Below are positions 10,150 through 18,353 of a stretch of DNA of 57,271 nt, piece after piece. Where the stretch lies: the NCBI GenBank assembly GCA_022844165.1, contig JALHMH010000030.1, forward strand, positions 1 through 57,271. Reading direction: 5' to 3'. The stretch is from Lysobacterales bacterium (GTDB lineage Bacteria; Pseudomonadota; Gammaproteobacteria; Xanthomonadales; SZUA-5). Under the pieces are notes generated by a model. The model made no database searches, had not been told where the DNA came from, and worked only from the letters and a program-made list of their open reading frames with translations. Every line of letters starts with the position of its first letter. Positions within the stretch are counted from its first letter, which is position 1. The position numbers were made by a program, and so were the translations under genes.

Positions 10150-11043
10150 TCATCTTTGTAAGAACTCCCTTAGCTTGGGCAAGATCGTGTCTTTTGCATC
10201 TTCGAGCACGTAATGCCCGGCGTCGGCAAAACCGATCGCCTCGGCGCGTGGGAAGCGCCGGCAGAATTCGTTGAAATAGTCGCGGTCAAACACGAAATCC
10301 TTCAGGCCCCACAGGATCATGACCGGCTTGCCGGCCAGCAGCTCGAGCTTTTCGCCTGTTTCGACAACGGTGCGCCACGCGGCGTCGGAGGCATCGAGTG
10401 GAATGTCTTGTACGAACCGCAATACAGCGCGGCGCGCCAATGGCGTATCGTAGGGCGCAAGAAATCCCGCCTTCACAACCGGATCGAGTTTTTTGCCGGT
10501 ACCGATCATCGCTGTACCCAACGCGAACGCGTTCAAGCGTTCCACCAAAAAAGCGCCGACGCGCGACCGGCGCACGAATTTGAGAACGTTCGGCAAGGAC
10601 TTGCCAGCGAGCATCGGAAAGGCGGCCGTATTCAATACGACCAACCTTTTAACGCGATCGGGATGCTGTGTCGCCCAGGCACAACCGATGGCGCCACCCC
10701 AGTCGTGCACGATCAAGGTCACCGGTTGCTCGGGCACCATCTTGTCCATCCAGGCGCTGAAATCAGCGACGCGCGAATCCAGGGTATAGCGGTAGCGCGA
10801 TTCATCTGGACGATCCGACAGGCCCATGCCCATATGATCGAGCGCCAAACATCGATGCGTCGGTTTGAGCGCCGCTATGACATCGCGATACAGCCAACAC
10901 CAACTGGGGTTGCCGTGCACCATGACCACCGGTTCGCCAACGCCCTCATCGAGGTAGTGTTGCGACAGGCCATCGCGGGTAAAGAACTTTGGCGTAAACC
11001 CCATCGATTCGATGGCGGCGATGGCGGCAGGCGAGTGCGGCAC
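10150..11043 (-). CDS. Haloalkane-dehalogenase-like alpha/beta hydrolase, OleB (beta-lactone decarboxylase)-like
   Basis: HGNPSW, DHMGMGLSD, nucleophile VHDWGG, NTAAFP, RFVQDIP, WGLKDFVFD, GHYVLED. Start GTG 11043 is inferred. Confidence 0.85.
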   Translation of the reverse strand: MPHSPAAIAAIESMGFTPKFFTRDGLSQHYLDEGVGEPVVMVHGNPSWCWLYRDVIAALKPTHRCLALDHMGMGLSDRPDESRYRYTLDSRVADFSAWMDKMVPEQPVTLIVHDWGGAIGCAWATQHPDRVKRLVVLNTAAFPMLAGKSLPNVLKFVRRSRVGAFLVERLNAFALGTAMIGTGKKLDPVVKAGFLAPYDTPLARRAVLRFVQDIPLDASDAAWRTVVETGEKLELLAGKPVMILWGLKDFVFDRDYFNEFCRRFPRAEAIGFADAGHYVLEDAKDTILPKLREFLQR

Positions 11044-11212
11044 GGCATGTTCACAGTTCGAAAGCGGACCGCGGACGATAGCGGCTGTTCGAATTCGGAT
11101 GTTAAGTGCACTCGAAAAATCGAGCATGTAAGTAAGATCAACCACTTACGTTACATTGCCTCCTGGCCCGGCGTTTGCATTGCCACGTCGGTGCTCGATT
11201 CGGAGTGTTTCC

Positions 11213-13585
11213 ATGCGCTTTTCGCAGCTCATTCTGACCGCTCTGCAAGCACTGCTAAGGTCGCCACGCTTCTCGATCTCGGCGTTGGCGACACTGACGC
11301 TGGGTATCAGCGCGCTGACCCTCGTAGTAGCACTTGCATATTCGATACTGACGGCGCCGCTACCCATTCCGGAAAGCCAGCAAGTCGTTTCGATCACCCG
11401 CTTGGGGAAATCAGACGCGAACCTCAGCTTGCCGGACGCCATCACGCTTCGACCAAACTTGAGCGAATTCGAAGCTATCTCGGCGATCGATGTCGACTTT
11501 GCACTCGACTGGCTGACAACTGACGGTCCTCAGCGGCTACGCGGCAGTCTGATCGAAGCGGATTTCTTCCGTGTCCTGGGCATCGCTCCGTTACATGGGC
11601 GACTCACCCGCAGCAGCGACGATCTTCCGGGCGCGGCGCCTGTGGTTGTTCTTCGCGAGTCGTTCTGGCGGCGCGCCTTCGATGCCGACCCAGCGGCGAT
11701 CGGACGCATGCTCACGGTATCGGGCGTTCGAACCGAGATCATCGGCGTTATCGCCGATGAATCCGACATCTACGAGGTTTCCGTCGATCTGTACGCGCCG
11801 TTCCCACCATTCGTCCCGTGGGCTCTAAGCTCGCCAGGTTCCAACACGTTCGAAATGATCGGCCGCATTGCCCACGGCTCATCGCTCACTGCGGCACGCG
11901 CCCAGTTGCAGGCGATCAGTGCGGATTATGCAAAGGCAAACGGCAACGAGAAACACCTGGATGCCACGTCATTCGTCGAGCTGCTGACAGCGCCGGTGCG
12001 ACCGGCATTGCAGGTGCTGCTGGTGGCAGTCGGTCTGATGCTCTTGCTGGTCATGGCAAACGTTGTGGCACTGTTGCGCGTGCACTTCAGCCGTCGCGAA
12101 TCGGAGTGGGCCACTCGCGCCGCATTGGGCGCTTCTGACGGAACACTGCATGCGCAGCGGATTGTCGAGGTCTGCTGGTTGACACTGGGGGCGTCCATAT
12201 GCGGCGCGGCGATTGCGTCGATCCTCTTTGCCTTTGCACAGCTCGCCCTAAGTCCGGCCTTACCGCGTTTGGCGCAGTCTTCTTTTCCCACGTGGATTTT
12301 GCTGGCGCTGCCGTTGCTTGCGTTGCTTCTGGGACTGGCAGTGGGCACTGTCTCTGCGCATTCCAGCAGCAGCGTCCGGAGCGGCGTGGCTGGGAGTCGT
12401 CGCCACGTGCGCGCACTGCACAGGCTGATGGTTGCAGAAGTCGCAGTCGCCGGCGCTCTACTCGGTGCGGCACTGCTCCTGGCACAGAGCTTTGTGGCGC
12501 TTTCGGCGCTGCCCCTCGGGTTCGAACCCGCCCAAGTCATCGGCGCGACCATCGTTCTGCCGGAACGCGAGTTTTCTGCCAAGGACCGTCAATCACGCGC
12601 CTTTTCGACCATGGTCGAGACGCTGCAAAACAGCCCCGGCATTCGGCACGCTGCATTGGTGGTCGGTCCGCCACTGGTTTCCAACAGGATCAGCCACACT
12701 CTAATCTTCGAAAACGGTGAACAAGGATCGGCAACGTTTCGGCCGATCATCGGCGATTACTTCGCAGCGCTTGGCGTCCAGGTGCTGGCCGGACAGGGCA
12801 GCAACGGTACCGATGCCAACGGCGAGCGCATCGCCTGGATCAACCAGTCCTTCGCCAATGCGTTTTTCAAAGACATCAGCCCTTTGGGCGAACGCGTTTC
12901 GATTCCACCGGGAGAGGCGGGCCCAGGCAACGAACCCCGATGGATGCGCATTGTCGGCATCGTCGCGGACGTCCGCGGCGGTGGAATTCGCAACGATGAG
13001 GGTCCAGCACTTTATGCGCCGTACTTGCAACGAGAAGCCGACTGGATTCGATTCGGCACCTTGGTCGCTCGAACGAACGGCGACATGGCGAACTTCCGCG
13101 AGGTGCTGCAGGACGCCGCAAGCACTGGCGCCCCGAACGTTCCGATTGCCGAAGCAATCACAATGCAAGCGATGACCGATCACGCCTTTGCTCAGGATCG
13201 ACTCATACTGCAGCTGGTCGCGGCCTTCGCCGCGCTGGCCGTGTTTCTCGCTTTACAGGGCGTCTTTGGCGTGGTGTCCTTTGCGATTCGGCAACGGCGA
13301 GCAGAGTTGGGCTTGAGAATGGCGCTCGGTGCGGCGCCCGCACAGGCCTCCGGACTGCTGTTGAGCGAAAGCAGCCGAGCCATCGCGCTAGGGTGTGTAC
13401 TCGCACCAGGACTGCTTTTTCTGGCCGAAGATGTGCTCTCAAGCGTACTGTTTGGCATTAGCGCAACGGATCCACCCACCCTGGCTGCGGCACTGGCAAT
13501 GATCGCCGCGGCTGCGCTACTGGCCGTCTGGTGGCCATCGCGGCGCGCCGCAAAACTAGACGCAGCGGCGTTATTGCTGCACTGA
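11213..13585 (+). CDS. Duplicated MacB/FtsX-type ABC permease (ADOP-like), no adjacent ATPase
   Basis: Two periplasmic-domain + FtsX repeats: TLTLGISA, RRESEWATRAALGA, QRRAELGLRMALGA, PSRRAAKLD. Confidence 0.85.
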   Translation: MRFSQLILTALQALLRSPRFSISALATLTLGISALTLVVALAYSILTAPLPIPESQQVVSITRLGKSDANLSLPDAITLRPNLSEFEAISAIDVDFALDWLTTDGPQRLRGSLIEADFFRVLGIAPLHGRLTRSSDDLPGAAPVVVLRESFWRRAFDADPAAIGRMLTVSGVRTEIIGVIADESDIYEVSVDLYAPFPPFVPWALSSPGSNTFEMIGRIAHGSSLTAARAQLQAISADYAKANGNEKHLDATSFVELLTAPVRPALQVLLVAVGLMLLLVMANVVALLRVHFSRRESEWATRAALGASDGTLHAQRIVEVCWLTLGASICGAAIASILFAFAQLALSPALPRLAQSSFPTWILLALPLLALLLGLAVGTVSAHSSSSVRSGVAGSRRHVRALHRLMVAEVAVAGALLGAALLLAQSFVALSALPLGFEPAQVIGATIVLPEREFSAKDRQSRAFSTMVETLQNSPGIRHAALVVGPPLVSNRISHTLIFENGEQGSATFRPIIGDYFAALGVQVLAGQGSNGTDANGERIAWINQSFANAFFKDISPLGERVSIPPGEAGPGNEPRWMRIVGIVADVRGGGIRNDEGPALYAPYLQREADWIRFGTLVARTNGDMANFREVLQDAASTGAPNVPIAEAITMQAMTDHAFAQDRLILQLVAAFAALAVFLALQGVFGVVSFAIRQRRAELGLRMALGAAPAQASGLLLSESSRAIALGCVLAPGLLFLAEDVLSSVLFGISATDPPTLAAALAMIAAAALLAVWWPSRRAAKLDAAALLLH

Positions 13586-15445
13586 CGCGGACGAGTTCTT
13601 CGTCTCGTCGGTGGCACTCTCACTTGTTTCTGGCTCTGCAGCAATGGCGAGGCCGACGATTACAGGATCGTGGTCGGCACTGCGGAATGGATCGGAGCGA
13701 AACAACCTGGCGTCGCCACCGCGCGGCTTGTTGTCCTTGTTGTAGTCAAACTCGGGCAATTCATCGGCATTGATATGCCAGTGCGCAACGCCGCGGAGCT
13801 GCGTCCGAAGGCCGGCGCTCGCCAACACATGATCAAGCCTGCCAGCCGCGCCGCCCCAGTTGAACGAATACGCCAGCTCGTCGTCTGCAGGCAGATAGCC
13901 GCTTTCGCCCAACAGGCGAATTGGATCCTCTTTGGTGTAAGCGTTGAGATCTCCGACAATCAGCACATCGCCACCTGTATCGCCGGCAGGGTTGCTGGCC
14001 AGCCATGACGCCAATGCGCGCGCGGCATCGACCCGCACCGCGTTGTAGCAGCCTTGCCCATCGCCGCGATCACGATTCGCGCCCTCAGCGTTCTGACAAC
14101 TCTTGCTCTTGAAGTGATTGACCACGACAGTGAAGCGGCCACCATTCGTGGCATCTTCGAAGGTTTGTGCGAGCGGCGGGCGACTGCCATAGTCGAAAGG
14201 CGGCTCGGTGATGGAAACCGCCGACCCGATCGGCTTGACCTTACGCGGTCGGTACAAGAGCGCCACCGAAATCTCGTCGCTTCCAAGTTGCGCAGCCGGG
14301 AAACGCACATAGTCGTACTCCCCGCGGCGGCCCCGTGACTGGTTCAAACGGAACGCAAGTTCTTCGATCGCTGCGCGGCGCTCATACCCGTCATTCTCGA
14401 CCTCGCTCAATGCATAGATATCGGCATCCATCGCCTTTAGCGCGCTCATCAGTTTGGCGCGTTGACGCGTCAGTTCATCGGCGTTTTCAGCGCCACGCGA
14501 TGTTGGGAAATCGCCGCCCTTACCATCGCCGTTGAAGTAGTTCATGACGTTCATTGCGGCCAGCTTTAGCGTGCCCGCCACGTTTGGCGCACTTTCTGGT
14601 CGTTCGGCGTGGCGTACGTTGACTGGCTCCGAAACATGCAGTCGATATCGCCCGTCACGCTGATCAAGCACGCCGACGATCGCACTGAGCTCACTGCCGA
14701 TACGATAGGTATGATCGACGCTCGGCTGGCGCGGCAGCCACTCGATACGTTCGGGCGGTTCGGCAGCGACGCTGCCATCGTCCAAAGTGATGCGCGAACG
14801 CAAGTTATCGGCCGCGATTGTTGCCGCATCGCTTCCCGGTAACGCGACCTCAGTGGGCTGGAACTGCCGACCCATCAAACTGACGACCAATTCGCCGCGA
14901 CGCAGCAGGCTCTCGTTCGCAATCACGGTTGTAGCCGAGTCGATGGCCACCCGCATTCCCTCGAAAGCCTCCCAGTCTTCCGCCATCAAAGGAGCCTCTT
15001 CAATCAACGCAGCTTGCGGAAGTTCGTCGACCTTATCGCAAACTCTCAGTTGATTCAGATCCACAAGGGCGGTCAGCGAAGCGCGTTCGTCGCCAACCTC
15101 AGCAATCCGGCCATGGACGCGAACCACGTCGCCGACCGCAACGTTTGGCTTGGCTCCTTCGATCTGCACAAACAGACCTTCGCTGGTCATCGGATCGCCG
15201 TCTCGATCGGCCTGTTCTTCCTGGAGGAAAATCCCGCCCAGACCCTGGGTGTAAACACCGACGACCACCGCCTCGACTGTGGCTGTTTGCGCCACGCGCG
15301 GACTCGTGAGTGACGCGCCCTGAATCGAGCTGATCAGGTCAGCAGGTGAACCGCAAATGCCCGAGTCAATGCCGCTTTGATCGCCACCACGGTGGCACGC
15401 AGCGAGCGCGAACGAGACAGCAATGGCCAGCATTTTTCTCAGCAT
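13571..15445 (-). CDS. ExeM/NucH-family extracellular endonuclease, lipoprotein
   Basis: Lipobox ALAAC; OB-like domain (ISSIQG, SEGLFV); EEP motifs NVMNYFN, LSEVEN, VNHFKSK, GDLNAY, LDHVL, SADHDPV. Overlaps the convergent permease stop by 15 nt. Confidence 0.92.
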   Translation of the reverse strand: MLRKMLAIAVSFALAACHRGGDQSGIDSGICGSPADLISSIQGASLTSPRVAQTATVEAVVVGVYTQGLGGIFLQEEQADRDGDPMTSEGLFVQIEGAKPNVAVGDVVRVHGRIAEVGDERASLTALVDLNQLRVCDKVDELPQAALIEEAPLMAEDWEAFEGMRVAIDSATTVIANESLLRRGELVVSLMGRQFQPTEVALPGSDAATIAADNLRSRITLDDGSVAAEPPERIEWLPRQPSVDHTYRIGSELSAIVGVLDQRDGRYRLHVSEPVNVRHAERPESAPNVAGTLKLAAMNVMNYFNGDGKGGDFPTSRGAENADELTRQRAKLMSALKAMDADIYALSEVENDGYERRAAIEELAFRLNQSRGRRGEYDYVRFPAAQLGSDEISVALLYRPRKVKPIGSAVSITEPPFDYGSRPPLAQTFEDATNGGRFTVVVNHFKSKSCQNAEGANRDRGDGQGCYNAVRVDAARALASWLASNPAGDTGGDVLIVGDLNAYTKEDPIRLLGESGYLPADDELAYSFNWGGAAGRLDHVLASAGLRTQLRGVAHWHINADELPEFDYNKDNKPRGGDARLFRSDPFRSADHDPVIVGLAIAAEPETSESATDETKNSSASVQQ

Positions 15446-15464
15446 GCGTCATTCCCCGATAGCA

Positions 15465-15489
15465 AGACGCCGCCCAACGGGCGGCGTCT
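15465..15489 (-). terminator. GC-rich hairpin after the cytochrome c5 gene
   Basis: Perfect 11-bp stem AGACGCCGCCC-AAC-GGGCGGCGTCT; short T runs on both sides. Confidence 0.55.
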
Positions 15490-15539
15490 CTTGAGTATCG
15501 CCGACTGTTGCCGAGGCAGCAGGTGGCATGGACCCCAGA

Positions 15540-16106
15540 CTATTTGTACTTGTCGACCATGTACTGGACGGAGGCACGCACCTGCTCGTCCGTGAGCGAA
15601 GGGTTCCCACCACGCGCCGGCATGATTCCGGCAGATCCTTGATAACCCTCGATTGCGTGCGTGACCAAAGTCTCGACACCCTGTGCTATGCGCGGCGCCC
15701 AGGCGTCCCTGGTCGGCAGTGGCGCACCGCCTGCGCCATTCTGATGACATGCGCCGCATAGTTGCTGGTAAATCACCGAACCGTCCAAGGTTCCGCCGTA
15801 AGCCACTTTGCCGGCCATCGCCTTCTTACGCGCCTCTTCGGCGGCAACGATTGCGGCGCGGCCGGTGTCGCCAGCGTTGACCTTGGCAATGGGCGCCAAT
15901 CGCGCCGAGATCTCAGCGTCACGGGCAGCCCGCCGCTCCCGCTGTGTGGCGTTCAGCTCTTCCGGTGGCGTGTTCTTATCCACCGAATAGCCGTAAAAGC
16001 GATCGTTGATGGCATGCGCGAGCACAATCAACAGGAACGCAAAAGCCATCAGCCCCAGTATCAACTGAGCGAAATGCTTCATGAAAACGGCATCGTACTT
16101 GGTCAC
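15540..16106 (-). CDS. Cytochrome c5 family protein
   Basis: N-terminal TM; CGACH haem motif; GAGGAP, WAPRIAQG, MPARGG. Start GTG 16106 is inferred. Confidence 0.9.
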   Translation of the reverse strand: MTKYDAVFMKHFAQLILGLMAFAFLLIVLAHAINDRFYGYSVDKNTPPEELNATQRERRAARDAEISARLAPIAKVNAGDTGRAAIVAAEEARKKAMAGKVAYGGTLDGSVIYQQLCGACHQNGAGGAPLPTRDAWAPRIAQGVETLVTHAIEGYQGSAGIMPARGGNPSLTDEQVRASVQYMVDKYK

Positions 16107-16221
16107 GGGCGCAACTCTGATGGCAGCAATGAGCGACGCAGTATAGCCAGCCACGATAGGGCCGTGAACCGCCCGCCGCTTGTGCGTAGCATGCACAGCC
16201 TTCGATTGCAGGAAATTGCCC

Positions 16222-17310
16222 ATGAATCGCCGTAAGTTCGTTGTCGCCACCACGCTCACCGCAGGCTCGTTGACGGCCTGCGGCAAACCAGAAGCAATCG
16301 GCACTGCTGTGGCGCCCGGCGCGAAACCGCTGCATTGGAAAATGGTCACCAGCTGGCCGGCGAACTTCCCGGGCCTGGGCGCCGGTGCGGCACGCCTGGC
16401 TGAAATGATCGGCCGCATGAGCGGCGGCCGACTGACCGTGAAGGTCTTTGGCGGCGGCGAGCTTGTGCCGCCCTTCGAGGTCTTCGATGCGGTCTCACAG
16501 GGCACCGCACAAATGGGCCACTCCGGCGCGTACTATTGGAAGGGCAAGGCCGAAGCCGCACAGTTCTTCTGCGCTGTTCCGTTCGGCATGAATGCCCAGG
16601 AGATGAATGGCTGGCTGTATCACGGTGGCGGGATGGAACTGTGGCGTGAGCTTTACGCGAAGTTCAATCTCGTGCCCTTCGCTGCGGGTAACACGGGCGT
16701 CCAGTGCGCAGGGTGGTTTCGCAAGGAAATCCGCTCGGTAGGGGACTTGAAAGGCCTGAAAATGCGGATTCCGGGTCTGGGTGGTGAAGTGTTGCAACGC
16801 CTGGGTGGCTCGCCAGTCAACATCCCTGGCGCCGAGCTGTTCACGGCGCTGCAGACTGGGGCAATCGATGCGACCGAATGGGTCGGTCCTTACAACGACC
16901 TGGCTTTCGGTCTGCATACCGTTGCGCAGCACTGTTACTACCCTGGTTGGCAGGAACCCGGGCCAACCCTCGAATGCATGGTCAACAAGACGGCGTTCGA
17001 TGCGCTGCCGGATGACTTGAAGGCGATCGTCGAAGCTGCCGCGCGCGCAATCAACGACGACATGCTGGCCGACTACACGACGCAAAATCAACGCGCGCTC
17101 GATACCTTGGAGAAAGAGCATGGCGTCGCGCTAAAGCCGTTGCCCCCCGATGTGCTCGCAGCGCTGCGTTCGACCAGTGCGCAGGTTGTTGAAGAAATTG
17201 CCAATAAGGATCCGTTTTCTGCCCGCGTTTACGCCTCTTACCGCACGTATCTCGATGGTGCCAGGCGATGGCACGAGGTATCAGAGGCAGCGTATTACGC
17301 AGCGCGTTGA
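16222..17310 (+). CDS. TRAP transporter substrate-binding protein (DctP family, TakP-like), Tat lipoprotein signal
   Basis: MNRRKF..LTAC; WKMVTSWP, GELVPPFEVFDAV, LKMRIPG, IDATEWVGP, YYPGWQEP. Confidence 0.92.
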   Translation: MNRRKFVVATTLTAGSLTACGKPEAIGTAVAPGAKPLHWKMVTSWPANFPGLGAGAARLAEMIGRMSGGRLTVKVFGGGELVPPFEVFDAVSQGTAQMGHSGAYYWKGKAEAAQFFCAVPFGMNAQEMNGWLYHGGGMELWRELYAKFNLVPFAAGNTGVQCAGWFRKEIRSVGDLKGLKMRIPGLGGEVLQRLGGSPVNIPGAELFTALQTGAIDATEWVGPYNDLAFGLHTVAQHCYYPGWQEPGPTLECMVNKTAFDALPDDLKAIVEAAARAINDDMLADYTTQNQRALDTLEKEHGVALKPLPPDVLAALRSTSAQVVEEIANKDPFSARVYASYRTYLDGARRWHEVSEAAYYAAR

Positions 17311-17355
17311 ATGGGCGCGTGCCTTATGATTGCGCGAATCTGAGGGGAGGCAGTC

Positions 17356-18024
17356 ATGGACTTGATCAAGCTCTACAGCTACTGGCGATCGAGTGCGGCA
17401 TATCGCGTTCGGATTGCGCTGAACCTGAAGGAACTCAAGTACGACTACCATGCCGTGCACCTGGTCGATGGCGGCGGCCAGCAACACCAGACCCAGTTCC
17501 ACCAACTGAATCCTCAAGAACTGGTGCCGGTACTGGTCGATGGCGAACGCGTCATTCGTCAATCGATGGCCATCATCGAATATCTGGAAGACACTTACCC
17601 GGATCGCGGCTTTGCGCTGATGCCGCCGACGCCTCGCGAGCGAGCGCGTGTACGCGCAATTTCGCAACTGATCGCGTGCGATATTCACCCGATCAACAAT
17701 CTGCGCGTACTCGATTACATGAAGGAGAAGTTCTTCGTCACGGACGCGCAACGAGAGGCCTGGGTGCAGCACTGGATCGCAACTGGATTTCTGGCGCTCG
17801 AAGACTTGTTGGCCAGCAATCCCGTCACGGGCGAGTTCTGCGATGGCGATGTGCCGACAATGGCCGATTGCTGTTTGGTACCGCAGGTCTATAACGCGCG
17901 TCGATTCGGTGTCGACATGCAGCCGTTCCCAACGATCTTGCGCATCTACGAGCGCTGCCTGGACCTTCCGAAATTCAAAACCGCTGCGCCAGAACTGCAA
18001 CCGGATGCGCCTGTGGCACGTTGA
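17356..18024 (+). CDS. maiA: Maleylacetoacetate isomerase (zeta-class GST)
   Basis: LYSYWRSSAAYRVRIALNLK, QSMAIIEYLE, CDIHPINNLRVL, ADCCLVPQVYNARRF, PELQPDA; strong RBS. Confidence 0.95.
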   Translation: MDLIKLYSYWRSSAAYRVRIALNLKELKYDYHAVHLVDGGGQQHQTQFHQLNPQELVPVLVDGERVIRQSMAIIEYLEDTYPDRGFALMPPTPRERARVRAISQLIACDIHPINNLRVLDYMKEKFFVTDAQREAWVQHWIATGFLALEDLLASNPVTGEFCDGDVPTMADCCLVPQVYNARRFGVDMQPFPTILRIYERCLDLPKFKTAAPELQPDAPVAR

Positions 18025-18119
18025 TCTGGTTGGCGGAAAATTCTGTCGTCATCGCTGGCAAAAAGCCAAGGGTTAACGACCGTGCCTTCAACTTTCGGGC
18101 TGCACGTTGGACTTTTCAT

Positions 18120-18353
18120 GCACATTTTTTTGCGCTGAAATTCTCGCAAATTCTCACTGATCACATTGCCGAAATATAAGTGATTGATAGTTCGTGCGTC
18201 GCGTCTTTCATGACGCGCAATGCCGCGTTGCGAAACAAGACAATTGCGACCAGACTGGTCACTACGCCAGCAGTTCATTGCGTGACATTCGACATCGGAT
18301 GTCAATCGATCTCGACGTTCCATTCTTGCGCGGGTCACTTTGGGGAGGGCGCT
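18120..18353 (+). promoter_or_regulatory. Upstream control region of the four-gene operon
   Basis: AT-richer intergenic stretch; direct repeat AAATTCTC x2 with 10-bp period (18138-18155); palindromes CGCGTC-N6-GACGCG (18200-18217), GACCAG-A-CTGGTC (18248-18260), TGACAT-N10-ATGTCA (18283-18304); RBS GGGGAGG before ATG 18354. Confidence 0.45.
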
